Below, piece by piece: positions 28,149 to 37,130 of a DNA stretch of 60,753 nt. The stretch is taken from sequence record MW464860.1. The stretch is one strand, 5' to 3'. The stretch's first letter is position 1. The number at the start of each line of letters is the position of its first letter. The DNA is from Enterobacter phage EC151. The notes under the pieces were generated by a model. It ran no database searches, was not told the DNA's origin, and saw only the letters and a program-made list of their open reading frames with translations. Position numbers and translations under genes: made by a program.

Positions 28149-28612
28149 TAGTCACCGCCATATTTGTGGTGCATTTTGATGATAGCAGCTTCAAGGCTTG
28201 GCGCAGATTCACCCTTGCGCTCATGGCTGCGACCAATAGCAACGCTGAACCATTGGGTAGCGTCGTCCTGGAACAGAGTAACACTTGTATCAGTTCCGTT
28301 TTGGACATACCCCATCAAGTCGCGAATTTTGTCAAACATTGCAGCTTTACGGGAAAGTTCTTCAATGCTTGGTCTAGCCCCAAAGCCGTCAACACGATCT
28401 TCAATCATGCGCCAGACTTTCTCGTATTCAGGCCAGTCGTGTTCTACTACAACGCATTCGAAAGGCTTCTTGCCGTCAAGGAAGCGCTGAGTGGTGAGTG
28501 ATGCCTGAAGGTTGTTAATTTCATCTAAATCCTCAGGCAGCAAGCGGCCCGAAGCAACAGCAGCTTTAAGATCAGATTTCTTTAATACGATATAACGTTC
28601 TTCACGTTCCAT
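28148..28612 (-). CDS. hypothetical protein (154 aa)
   Basis: ORF. Confidence 0.4.
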   Translation of the reverse strand: MEREERYIVLKKSDLKAAVASGRLLPEDLDEINNLQASLTTQRFLDGKKPFECVVVEHDWPEYEKVWRMIEDRVDGFGARPSIEELSRKAAMFDKIRDLMGYVQNGTDTSVTLFQDDATQWFSVAIGRSHERKGESAPSLEAAIIKMHHKYGGD

Positions 28613-29190
28613 TATTTTACTCCATACATTGCGGCAATATAGTCAGCCATGTGATACCAGCCTTGCGGCGTGTCATAGACTCCAAAGTCTATTATAGGGA
28701 TATTAAGCATCTTGGCAAGACGCAAAGCCTGACCAGTACCACCTTCACCCCGACCGCCTTCTGTCCAACATGCGACAAATTGAACAGGACTATTCAGATT
28801 TTGACCGATAATCTGATAGGTGTTGCGAGCATGAAGTTCGAGCGCGTAAGGGTCTAAATTTTTACCGTTCGGATGTAACAGACGCGCAATAATTTTACAG
28901 CCCAGGACAGAGCCTTCAACTTCATCAATATAGCGCGTGTGATCCCACAGCTCAGGATGTTCCCGCGCTATTTGTGCCATGGTCATATAGTTATGTTTAT
29001 TAGGGAGGTAGATTTCGCAGGACCCGCGGACAGCTCTTGCACCGGACTCAAAAGCACTATCTGCGCCCAGCGCCCGTCCGCTCCGCAACGTCCAACCCGC
29101 TTCGCCTAAGCGCCCAGCTAAACGTGCCATAGCGTGGCAGCACTCAGTAGGAGTTTTGCGGCTACCAATACCAGCATAGACTTTATTCAT
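28612..29190 (-). CDS. DprA/Smf-like Rossmann-fold (SLOG) protein
   Basis: The N-terminal pattern GIGSRKTP......LA..LG..G..L.SG.ALGADSAF is the hallmark of the DprA/SLOG Rossmann domain. Confidence 0.5.
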   Translation of the reverse strand: MNKVYAGIGSRKTPTECCHAMARLAGRLGEAGWTLRSGRALGADSAFESGARAVRGSCEIYLPNKHNYMTMAQIAREHPELWDHTRYIDEVEGSVLGCKIIARLLHPNGKNLDPYALELHARNTYQIIGQNLNSPVQFVACWTEGGRGEGGTGQALRLAKMLNIPIIDFGVYDTPQGWYHMADYIAAMYGVK

Positions 29191-29536
29191 GATTACCTCT
29201 GTTTAAACGCAGTCCGCGGCCCATGGACTGGAAGAATATTTTCGGATAGAACTCTTCATCCTGTCGTGACATTAACATTTGAGCCATAAGCCCACGAACG
29301 TTGTTCATGTCATAAGTGGCGTTGCGTTCCTTCCTGCGATGGATGCAAAAGAGTTCGTGCATTTCATAACGCAGCTCTAACATTTGAAGACGATCAAAGT
29401 CCGGGAAGCGTGACGCAGCAGTGCGCACAGCATCTTCAAATGACATCTTCTGCATTGCGCACATCTTCATGATAGATTGATATGCGCGAAGGTTCTGAAT
29501 GAACGTACCTTCCAGATCTACTTTAAAGTGAAGCAT
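29183..29536 (-). CDS. hypothetical protein (117 aa)
   Basis: ORF. Confidence 0.4.
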   Translation of the reverse strand: MLHFKVDLEGTFIQNLRAYQSIMKMCAMQKMSFEDAVRTAASRFPDFDRLQMLELRYEMHELFCIHRRKERNATYDMNNVRGLMAQMLMSRQDEEFYPKIFFQSMGRGLRLNRGNHE

Positions 29537-29543
29537 AATGTGG

Positions 29544-29780
29544 TTACCTTTCTCTCACGGACACGACAACTTCTACGATTTCGCAGGAGTCTTCTTTCAG
29601 GTCTTTAGCAGCACACATAAACATCATTTCAGCTGCTTTAATACCTGGCGCACGGTTAGCATAAGTGAGCTCTTCAACCCAACTATGCTCGTGAACTACT
29701 TTACCTTCTTTGACGCTCGATACAGAGCGAAGGTACTTGCCTGTTACGGGATGTTTGACAACACACATTATACGTTCCAT
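29544..29780 (-). CDS. hypothetical protein (78 aa)
   Basis: ORF. Confidence 0.35.
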   Translation of the reverse strand: MERIMCVVKHPVTGKYLRSVSSVKEGKVVHEHSWVEELTYANRAPGIKAAEMMFMCAAKDLKEDSCEIVEVVVSVRER

Positions 29781-29784
29781 ATCG

Positions 29785-30087
29785 TTACCTTAATAAGTAT
29801 CGGACTGATGTACCTATTATATAGCAGACTGCTACAAATGCCATAGAATACAGACATTGAATAAGTCTATCTTTTAAGTAGCGACGCCGATCAGCCCACT
29901 TCTCCTTACGACACTGCTCGGCGTGTTGGTCGTTCAGAGCGCAAATATAGCCGTCATGCCAGTCGCAATTGCGGTCAGGTTCATCTTGCAAGCAATAAGG
30001 GTTAGAGAACGCGCTACGCCCTTCTACGGCGGCGACATAACCCTGCTGGTACGGGTCCGGCTCAACTATCTGAATTTTGTTTTTCAT
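29785..30087 (-). CDS. hypothetical protein with C-terminal TM segment (100 aa)
   Basis: ORF. Confidence 0.35.
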   Translation of the reverse strand: MKNKIQIVEPDPYQQGYVAAVEGRSAFSNPYCLQDEPDRNCDWHDGYICALNDQHAEQCRKEKWADRRRYLKDRLIQCLYSMAFVAVCYIIGTSVRYLLR

Positions 30088-30307
30088 CTAAATACCTCAG
30101 CAGATCAATACATTGTTCGGAAAGCTCTTTGAGTAATTTCAACTCTTCGAGCGGTAGGTGGTTGGAAACTTGAGCGACCGTGTCGCAAGCGCGGGAAGGT
30201 ATGATCATAATAGCCTCCGCGGCTTTATACTCCTCGCGCCCAATAAGAGCGCGGACTTGCCAAACGTAACTCTGTATCTCGTCGAGCTCTTTCTTGAGTG
30301 TGATCAT
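30062..30307 (-). CDS. hypothetical coiled-coil protein (81 aa)
   Basis: ORF. Confidence 0.35.
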   Translation of the reverse strand: MITLKKELDEIQSYVWQVRALIGREEYKAAEAIMIIPSRACDTVAQVSNHLPLEELKLLKELSEQCIDLLRYLDEKQNSDS

Positions 30308-30861
30308 TATTCTTGCCCCGCGGCGATTTTACGGAACAGCTTGCCAATTTCGGCGAACAACGGCCTGACGTGATCGCGGTAGTCCGGATACAGATCAGGG
30401 TGAGTCATTGCTTCCGGTAAAACCATTGGTGTTTCAAGCTCCTTCATCACATGCGGGTAATAGGAGCCGACTTTGATTTTCCATTCGCGCTCTACTTCCC
30501 CTGGCGGGCGCGTGTCCTTATATTCCTGACCCCACAGCGTGTAGGTGTATTCACCTTTGACCTTTTTAGGGCGACCAGCTTTCTTCTGGCTCTTGGCAAT
30601 TTTAGTAGACACTCTCGCAGTTTGCGCGGCAACGTATTGACCGAACCACCATTGTGCAAAATCCCGCGGGTAGAGGACACGTTGGGCAGACTTAACCACA
30701 ATAAGGCGACCTGCCTTTATAAGCTGCGTTTGTCTAGACATAGATACTTTATAATTTTCTTCTACTTCTTTAGCTGTCATATAACGTTGAGCAAATTCTG
30801 CTTCAGCTTGCGCAGTGTATAGTTCAACTTGCTCCGGTGTAAGGTCAAATGAAGTGGTCAT
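30307..30861 (-). CDS. putative HTH DNA-binding protein (MerR/excisionase-like HTH), first gene of the leftward early operon
   Basis: The ATG at 30861 has GAGGAG upstream. The segment YMTAKEVEENYKVSMSRQTQLIKAGRLIVVK resembles a MerR/Xis-type HTH. Confidence 0.45.
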   Translation of the reverse strand: MTTSFDLTPEQVELYTAQAEAEFAQRYMTAKEVEENYKVSMSRQTQLIKAGRLIVVKSAQRVLYPRDFAQWWFGQYVAAQTARVSTKIAKSQKKAGRPKKVKGEYTYTLWGQEYKDTRPPGEVEREWKIKVGSYYPHVMKELETPMVLPEAMTHPDLYPDYRDHVRPLFAEIGKLFRKIAAGQE

Positions 30862-30962
30862 GATTGCTCCTCGATTTGTTATGCACATTATATAGGCAAT
30901 AACAATGATCACGCTACGAATATTTAATTACTACAGTTTTGCATTGATGAATGCAATTTGTA

Positions 30963-31145
30963 TTTAGTTACTTTACCTGGCGGGCTGTAGTTACTTTACT
31001 TTATGGCCAATTTGCAAGTTATTTGAGCTTTAGTTATTACAGGGAGAAAGTGAGCAATGCTTTAATAACTTTGCGTGTAGTTACTTTAGTAATAGCGCTA
31101 TGCACTGCTACAGCTAGGATAGCGATAAAAGTGTGAGTTACTTTA
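30963..31145. repeat. five iteron-like copies of (T/G)TAGTTACTTTA(C/G) in the divergent AT-rich control region
   Basis: Copies start at about 30963, 30985, 31028 (degenerate), 31076 and 31132. There is also a GCATTGATGAATGC near-palindrome at 30941, and TTTCAGATT repeats at 31441 and 31455. Confidence 0.6.
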
Positions 31146-31472
31146 GGATTAGCATGTTTGCAATATTTGCCATGGTACGGTATATACATGGAAAAACTAC
31201 CTATAGAAACTCGTTACTAAAGTCAATTAATTTATTAGAAGTAAGGGTGAAATACTACAAATATACAAATATTATTAGTTGAGTATGCTATTTTACTGGG
31301 TTTCTTAGGTTTGCAGCATAGGAAAACCAGTGCAAACAGAATTTTCTTCTTTCTTTAGACGAATAATGCTGTCACTTTACTACCTGACCGGCATATACCT
31401 GACCAGCATTATTTCAACTTGACAAATTTAGATTTTGAAATTTCAGATTTTCATTTTCAGATTCATTTATTA

Positions 31473-31501
31473 GTTGGATTTCATGTCAGAGGTATGCTAG
31501 A
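31473..31501 (+). promoter_or_regulatory. candidate sigma70-type promoter for the rightward genes
   Basis: TTGGAT-N18-TAGAAT, about 135 nt upstream of the ATG at 31637. Confidence 0.3.
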
Positions 31502-31636
31502 ATGTATTTGTAGTCAGAAAGAGCGCGTAGGTTAGCGCGATAATATAAGCGGAGGCGGAGAGTTCGTAATGTGGATACTCGATAACGCCTCAAATCGAAA
31601 GTAGGTTCGTAGTAAATCAGGATTGGAGAGTTAAAC

Positions 31637-31945
31637 ATGGTTATTCAGGGTCGTACTGAGTCATATCTTTGTGCAGATGGTAAGTTCTTCGTGATCTTTG
31701 ATTACAACGATCAAGGTCAACCTCGCTACCGACAGATCGAGAGTTACCTTCCCGCCTCTACGGGCTGCTACGGCGAGCCGCTAGAGGAAACTATGCGCAA
31801 GCGTTTAGACGCATTTGAGCAGGGTAAGGACTGGCGCTGGGCTATTGGCAGCACCGGAGGCCAGCTTACAGCCCGCTACCAGATCAGGGAGAGCGACGGT
31901 GAGCTCGTGAGTGAGCTTTCGTTGTCAGGTGGTATGAAGAAATGA
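31637..31945 (+). CDS. hypothetical protein (102 aa)
   Basis: ORF with a GGAGAG RBS. Confidence 0.5.
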   Translation: MVIQGRTESYLCADGKFFVIFDYNDQGQPRYRQIESYLPASTGCYGEPLEETMRKRLDAFEQGKDWRWAIGSTGGQLTARYQIRESDGELVSELSLSGGMKK

Positions 31946-32269
31946 CAGAAGGGCTCGCATAGCGGGCCTGGAAATGTTCCTGTCAAATTCAAATTTTGTA
32001 GAAGCCTCGCGTATAGTGAAATTCGCGGGGTCTTTTTGTTGGAAAAGCAGATCTATCCGTTCCTAATACTTCGTTGCCTAACGATAGGAGGCTCATCATG
32101 AGTCAGCTCAGGATATTATGAGCTGTCTACTGGTATATCAGACGCCAGCTAATCGTTAGTAACCATCGGTTTTAAAGAGCCTGCGAGCAATAGCCAGTCT
32201 GTCGGCTCTGTTTGCCCGGAGCGTCCATTATACTATGATCGGCTAATAGTTCACCATGGTAATTATCTG

Positions 32270-32290
32270 ATAGCACTTTAGGCCATAGAC
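32270..32290 (+). promoter_or_regulatory. conserved 21-bp element, copy 1 (ATAGCAC-N4-GGCCA...)
   Basis: ATAGCACTTTAGGCCATAGAC. Confidence 0.45.
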
Positions 32291-32359
32291 TTTTGTTGCG
32301 TTCTATGCTAAACGCGCGCACGCGGTCCTTTATATGCGCCAGATTTTGTTTGCTTCTAA

Positions 32360-32380
32360 ATAGCACCTTTGGCCACACCA
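32360..32380 (+). promoter_or_regulatory. conserved 21-bp element, copy 2
   Basis: ATAGCACCTTTGGCCACACCA, about 55 nt upstream of the ATG at 32435. Confidence 0.45.
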
Positions 32381-32434
32381 GCTTTTTGCAGCTCGGCTAT
32401 TATTACTTCAACGACAACAAACGGAGTAAACAAA

Positions 32435-32752
32435 ATGCAAACTGTAAATTTAAGTGCAAACGAAGTCCTGGAGCATCTGAACATTAAGCTGCCAACGGGC
32501 TGGACCCACGAAGCAAACGAAATTGACACCGTTTGTTACGACCACGTAAACCACGGCTTAGGTTACATCGTAACGTTAAATATTTGTCCTTGCAAAGGCT
32601 ATAACTTTACCGTCCACGAGTTCCACGACGCGAAGCAAGCCGACAGGGACTATGAGGAAACTAACGATTTCCTTACTTACGACGAAGCGCTGTCGCATAT
32701 CCGCACTCGCGTAGACATGTTTATGAACCCGATGGATTATTTATCGGAATAG
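32435..32752 (+). CDS. hypothetical protein (105 aa)
   Basis: ATG with GGAG 9 nt upstream. The track ORF extends 5' without an RBS. Confidence 0.5.
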   Translation: MQTVNLSANEVLEHLNIKLPTGWTHEANEIDTVCYDHVNHGLGYIVTLNICPCKGYNFTVHEFHDAKQADRDYEETNDFLTYDEALSHIRTRVDMFMNPMDYLSE

Positions 32753-32759
32753 CACGATT

Positions 32760-32780
32760 GGCCACACCAAGCATCACAGT
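32760..32780 (+). promoter_or_regulatory. conserved 21-bp element, copy 3
   Basis: ATAGCACGATTGGCCACACCA. It overlaps the stop of the upstream ORF and lies about 70 nt upstream of the ATG at 32852. Confidence 0.45.
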
Positions 32781-32851
32781 TTGTTAGATACTACTTACAT
32801 CGGGAGCAAACAGGCTTCCAACCACAACAAAATTAAGAAAAGGTGAATACC

Positions 32852-33472
32852 ATGTACGATCTGACTAAAGAATACAAAACCAAAGCAATGGCAGTTAACG
32901 CGATCCGTATGACTGCTACTAACAAGGGCTGGAAAGTGCTGTCCACCGACGAAGCTGCGACCCACGTCTGGCCGAGCGCTGCGGGCTTTACCGTTAACAA
33001 CACCACGCTGAACCTTGCGCTGGGCTTTATTACCGAAGAGCAAGCCGAAGTGGCGCAACGTGTACCAGCTGGCAGCGTTACCGACGGCAAGGCACTGGAA
33101 GCGGTAAACGCGGCTCTTGCTGAGCAGGCTAATGTGGATAAAAAGGCTCCGAAGCTGCAAGCGCCGTCCAAACTGGAGCAGGACAAAAAGGCTGCCAAGG
33201 CTTCTAAGAAGGCGGCTAAGGAATCCGCGGAGCCGAAAGCGCCAACCCGCTGCGAAACCAAAAACGGTGCGCGTCGCCCGTTGCGCGGTAAAACGTTGCT
33301 GGTGTGGGAGACTGCCGAGCGCATGGCTGCCACTGGTACTATTCCGACCATGAAGCAAGTCCACGAAGAGTTGCTTAAAACGGAACCCGGTTTTAATAAA
33401 ACCACCACTGGCATCCAGTATTACGCTTGCAAGGCGTACAACGGCTGGGAGAGCACAAAAGGATCAAAATAA
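32852..33472 (+). CDS. lysine/alanine-rich protein, paralogue of the 15250..16014 protein
   Basis: The ATG at 32852 has AAGGTG upstream. It has a KA-rich centre (KKAPKLQAPSKLEQDKKAAKASKKAAK) and a C-terminal TTTGIQYYACKAYNG that aligns with the TVKTQYARWKKFNG ending of the minus-strand paralogue. Confidence 0.55.
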   Translation: MYDLTKEYKTKAMAVNAIRMTATNKGWKVLSTDEAATHVWPSAAGFTVNNTTLNLALGFITEEQAEVAQRVPAGSVTDGKALEAVNAALAEQANVDKKAPKLQAPSKLEQDKKAAKASKKAAKESAEPKAPTRCETKNGARRPLRGKTLLVWETAERMAATGTIPTMKQVHEELLKTEPGFNKTTTGIQYYACKAYNGWESTKGSK

Positions 33473-33474
33473 AG

Positions 33475-33502
33475 TTGATACTAAACGCTGTCGGTGTATA
33501 AT
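33475..33502 (+). promoter_or_regulatory. near-consensus sigma70 promoter (TTGATA-N16-TATAAT) embedded in an inverted repeat
   Basis: TTGATA at 33475, TATAAT at 33497. The inverted repeat GCTGTCG...CGACAGC (33487..33517) overlaps it. Confidence 0.5.
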
Positions 33503-33535
33503 AACTACATCGACAGCAAACTGGAGTTAAGCACC

Positions 33536-33817
33536 ATGGAAACGAAAACTTTCATCTTATTCGCCGCCGAAGTAATTAGCGAAAATATGAACTACTTGGC
33601 CGACGCGGACGACGGCGCTGAAATTGACAGCAGCTTGGAACAAAATGAAAAGCTGATGGAGCTGGTAAAACGTGCTATGCTGGAAGGCATTGAACCGGCT
33701 GGTCTTGTCCAGTCCGCTATCAACTTAATGCACTGGAACATCGTAGCATGGGCTGACAGCGAAGAGTTTAAACTCCACGAGCTGGCTAATCGTTTCCTTG
33801 ACGAAGTAGGAGCTTAA
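33536..33817 (+). CDS. hypothetical protein (93 aa)
   Basis: ATG downstream of the promoter above. Confidence 0.45.
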   Translation: METKTFILFAAEVISENMNYLADADDGAEIDSSLEQNEKLMELVKRAMLEGIEPAGLVQSAINLMHWNIVAWADSEEFKLHELANRFLDEVGA

Positions 33818-33818
33818 C

Positions 33819-33938
33819 ATGTCTAAATATACCGTTGAATACACCACTGTTAATCCGGCGTACGAAGAAGGCCGTAAAACGTGGAAAGCCGTGGCAGTAG
33901 TTGCCATCGTTATCATTGCACTTGCAATCATTTTCTAA
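33819..33938 (+). CDS. small hydrophobic protein (39 aa, one TM)
   Basis: ATG with a GGAG RBS. The C-terminal AVAVVAIVIIALAIIF is a TM segment. Below the ORF-track size cutoff. Confidence 0.35.
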   Translation: MSKYTVEYTTVNPAYEEGRKTWKAVAVVAIVIIALAIIF

Positions 33939-33947
33939 GGAACTATC

Positions 33948-34253
33948 ATGAGCGATAAAATTCATTTCGTAACTACTGCCGAGCAACGTGTTGAGCTGGC
34001 TCTTTGTTTGAAGCGCATCGTGGAGCGTACCGCGCATCTGGTGCAAACCGAAGAGCATCCGACCATTCGCAAGGAAATTGCAATTGATATCATCACCGCG
34101 AATAATGTGAGCTTTGGTATCATTGCCTACGGTACTATTTCGGCCGACGACGTTAACTGGATTGTTGAACGCCACGATGCTAACGAGCTGTGGACCGCCG
34201 AGCAGTTCGCCAGCCGCGAACGTTACCTTCGTTCATTAATTGAAGGGGAATAA
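33948..34253 (+). CDS. hypothetical protein (101 aa)
   Basis: ORF with an AAGGAA RBS. Confidence 0.45.
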   Translation: MSDKIHFVTTAEQRVELALCLKRIVERTAHLVQTEEHPTIRKEIAIDIITANNVSFGIIAYGTISADDVNWIVERHDANELWTAEQFASRERYLRSLIEGE

Positions 34254-34258
34254 TTGCA

Positions 34259-34525
34259 ATGGGTAAAGTGATCCAAGTAACGTTCGCTGGTGCAACGGCC
34301 ACCAAAGGTAAACGTTATATTGCGAAGTCCGATGCGGTACATAGCACGACCGACTACAACCCGGACCTTACCGACAGTGCGAACATGCGCTTTGCCGCTA
34401 ACGCTTGCATAAGGGAAATGAATATGGATGCCAGTATGATGCTGCGTAGGGTGAAGTGGGAGATAGTCGCGAGCGGTACTATGCCGGACGGTAAGAGTGT
34501 CGTATACATAGCGGAGGAAGTATGA
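34259..34525 (+). CDS. hypothetical protein (88 aa)
   Basis: ORF. Confidence 0.45.
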   Translation: MGKVIQVTFAGATATKGKRYIAKSDAVHSTTDYNPDLTDSANMRFAANACIREMNMDASMMLRRVKWEIVASGTMPDGKSVVYIAEEV

Positions 34526-34668
34526 GTCTACTATATAGCCTGCTTACTGTTACCGGTGCAATAGTAATCAGTAGTCCTATTGCATGGCTCATACTACAGG
34601 TAGGCAACAAGGTCGCAGGTGATACTAAGAACAAGAACAATCACCAAGCGAAACGAAACAAGGCGTGA
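34522..34668 (+). CDS. small membrane protein (48 aa)
   Basis: ATGA start/stop overlap and a GGAGGAAG RBS. It has a hydrophobic N-terminal helix and a basic C-terminus. Confidence 0.4.
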   Translation: MSLLYSLLTVTGAIVISSPIAWLILQVGNKVAGDTKNKNNHQAKRNKA

Positions 34669-34969
34669 TAGTAACCTAGGTGGAGCAAGAGCCACCTAAC
34701 GATACCCGGCGGTGACCATACCCGACCGGGATCATTTCTTGGCTCATTAAGCCCGGGCCCGGTCCCAATCGGGATAGTATCTTGGTCCTAAAATATCGCC
34801 TGTCATAGTACCCCCACCCGGTTATTCTTTCCTGTTCTGTTTTAATTCTGACTGTATATAGGTATTTTTAAATTTAAATCTAGACTGATCAATAGTTAAT
34901 CTGTATACTGTATTTAAAGGTTAAGGCATAGTGCCTTATCAATCCACCAACACTCTAGTGGAGCTTACC

Positions 34970-35170
34970 ATGCAACAGAAAGTCTATAAGCCTTCCTATA
35001 AGGTTTCCCGTCACGGTAACGGATTCTACTCCGTATATATCCAGGGCTTTAATCCTGTTTATATCAATCGCGTAGAATACGGTTCTCGCAAGTTCTACCA
35101 TGTTAATGCGAAGTGTCCTCTGTTCCCGACGCTGCGTGATGCTGTCATGCACATCGTGTATGGAGGTTAA
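34970..35170 (+). CDS. hypothetical protein (66 aa)
   Basis: ATG with GTGGAG 6 nt upstream. Confidence 0.45.
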   Translation: MQQKVYKPSYKVSRHGNGFYSVYIQGFNPVYINRVEYGSRKFYHVNAKCPLFPTLRDAVMHIVYGG

Positions 35171-35426
35171 TGTGGCTACCATCAAGAACGGTGTTGTGTT
35201 CATCAACAGTGCTGGCGCATTTGCCCGCGAAATGGTTTCAACTGGCTTTGGCCGCGTTAATCAACCAATGACTATCGGTTTGTCGATGGATATTAGCGAA
35301 GCGACTGTATTTCCTAACGTAGCCACAGCGACTCGGACTCACCCGACATTAAGATCGTGGCAGCACCTGGAAGCGGTTGAAGAACGTGTCGTCAAAATTC
35401 AGAAGTGGAGCGAAAAAGATGCGTAA
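35160..35426 (+). CDS. hypothetical protein
   Basis: ORF. The start is ambiguous: ATG at 35160, or GTG at 35172 after GGAGG. Confidence 0.4.
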   Translation: MEVNVATIKNGVVFINSAGAFAREMVSTGFGRVNQPMTIGLSMDISEATVFPNVATATRTHPTLRSWQHLEAVEERVVKIQKWSEKDA

Positions 35427-35916
35427 ACAACTCGTAATCGCCCTGGCATATGACCTTAAGAACTTCACCAATCGTGAAGAGGCTTATGAATGGTTCCGCA
35501 AAACCGTTGAAGAGTACAAGCTCGATTCACACGAGCAGTTCAGCCTGGTATTTATTGGCGGCGGGATGAATCACCGCCCTGAAACTCCAGAACCGGCGAA
35601 AGTGTATCCGTGGGAAGGTGATAAGAAAGTCAACGTTATCGCTGACGAAGTGCCGCAACCTATGCAGCCGATGGGCACTTTCCAAGACCTTGTTACTCGT
35701 CATATTAAAAACGAGCGCAAGAACAAGCCAGCGGTTTCGCCTAGCGCGAAGTGCTTAAAGGATGCACGTAAAGCCCTGGGCGCGGCTCCGTATAACGAGC
35801 CTGGTAACTTTCTTGTAGGTGACGGGTATTTCTCGCGCGATTGCATTAACAAGTACGGTCAGCGGCAGTGGGATGAAGCGTGTCGCCTGGTTACTAACGA
35901 AATGAAGAGGTCTTAA
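35419..35916 (+). CDS. hypothetical protein (165 aa)
   Basis: ATG with a GGAGCGAAAAAG RBS. Confidence 0.45.
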   Translation: MRKQLVIALAYDLKNFTNREEAYEWFRKTVEEYKLDSHEQFSLVFIGGGMNHRPETPEPAKVYPWEGDKKVNVIADEVPQPMQPMGTFQDLVTRHIKNERKNKPAVSPSAKCLKDARKALGAAPYNEPGNFLVGDGYFSRDCINKYGQRQWDEACRLVTNEMKRS

Positions 35917-35918
35917 TA

Positions 35919-36338
35919 ATGACATTTAAACGCCATGCAATGGGTCCAATAGGCGAGCGCCCGGTATCTGTCCAGTTTGAAGCTGATTTTCATCAGTTAC
36001 TCCGCCCAGCGCTCGTGGAATGCTCGCAAAAGGGCAACAAGAAGCGTGAAGGTTACATTATGGGCGCTTTCCGCGAAGCTTTGGCGAATTATCGCGTCAA
36101 AACTCCGGCAGAAGTAGCCCGCAGCGTCGAATTTACGCACGAACAAGCGCAAAAGCTGCTTTCTATCGTGTCAACGCTGCAAAAGACGTATCAAGACGCT
36201 GCAATTGCTTCTGGTGGCAAGGGCATGGAAGAACTAAACGCCCATTACCAGAAAGAAATGACCGAACTTTCTGCAATTAAGGTCAAATTGATGGTTTGTG
36301 TGCTGATGGAGGTCGGAAATGACGTATCAGGAGTATAA
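35919..36338 (+). CDS. hypothetical protein (139 aa)
   Basis: ORF. Confidence 0.45.
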   Translation: MTFKRHAMGPIGERPVSVQFEADFHQLLRPALVECSQKGNKKREGYIMGAFREALANYRVKTPAEVARSVEFTHEQAQKLLSIVSTLQKTYQDAAIASGGKGMEELNAHYQKEMTELSAIKVKLMVCVLMEVGNDVSGV

Positions 36339-36615
36339 AAAGCATCTTGAAGGTGGCGGCTGGAATTGTGCGGTTCGTTATATGGGAACGGGAAGTGAAA
36401 CTGGATGCGAAATGCGCCACCCTTCCTGTTCATATATACTAACAGTGACGGAAAAGCCTGACGGAGTTGTTTGTGAAGCTAGTGTATGTCTTAAAGGCTT
36501 CATGACTCCGATTACTACAGGTCAATTTGGGTCGCCGTGGAAGAACGGAGCCTTTTTCACCCAGGTTCGCCGTTTAGAGAAAATTCAACGTCTTGTAGGA
36601 GATAAACTTGTATGA
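36319..36615 (+). CDS. hypothetical protein (98 aa)
   Basis: ORF with a GGAGG RBS. Confidence 0.45.
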   Translation: MTYQEYKKHLEGGGWNCAVRYMGTGSETGCEMRHPSCSYILTVTEKPDGVVCEASVCLKGFMTPITTGQFGSPWKNGAFFTQVRRLEKIQRLVGDKLV

Positions 36616-37124
36616 GCAAGCTGAGTGATTGGGTTGAAGCACATCGCGACAATCCGGACGACGAAATGAACGTTCGCGACTATACGCTGAATAAAGACTA
36701 TTACGAGCGTAAATTTGCCGAAGCTAAGCCGGAAGAAATTGTCATCTGCTCTGCCTGTGAGTATCCACATGTAATTGGCAGCAGCTCAGCGGACCCGGAT
36801 TTAGTCAAACATCAATGTTGTTTTCATTGCTGGTTCTGGTTGCACCATATTGGTCTTAAGAACGGACCTACTGCGCGTTCGATCATTGTTGACGGTACAC
36901 ATTATGTCGACGCAGGTAACAAGCCGCGCGAAAAGTCGCAGTTCTTAGGCTATGGCGGCTCAAAGTGGCAGTATCGTAGAATTGGCGAGTCGGAGTATGT
37001 GGAAACGAACAACATGTGGCACCAGGGGAAGATTCCCAAACGCTTCGATATTCCGGATACTCACGAATTCAAACCTTACGAGCCTCCGAAGGTAAAATCA
37101 GGGTCTGATTCTCCATTCGAATGA
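36612..37124 (+). CDS. hypothetical Cys/His-rich protein (possible Zn-binding)
   Basis: Contains CSACEYPH...HQCCFHCWFWLHH. Confidence 0.45.
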   Translation: MSKLSDWVEAHRDNPDDEMNVRDYTLNKDYYERKFAEAKPEEIVICSACEYPHVIGSSSADPDLVKHQCCFHCWFWLHHIGLKNGPTARSIIVDGTHYVDAGNKPREKSQFLGYGGSKWQYRRIGESEYVETNNMWHQGKIPKRFDIPDTHEFKPYEPPKVKSGSDSPFE

Positions 37125-37130
37125 CACTTT

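Noticed and set aside
32795-33414. Two long antisense ORFs (32795..33364 and 32833..33414) opposite the KA-rich gene
   Set aside because: Their translations are low-complexity and mirror the codon-biased KA-rich sense gene. There is no RBS, and they are antisense to a well-supported CDS.
34850-34915. CTGTATA repeats as a LexA/SOS box
   Set aside because: There is no CTGT-N8-ACAG dyad. Only the half-site-like CTGTATA is repeated.
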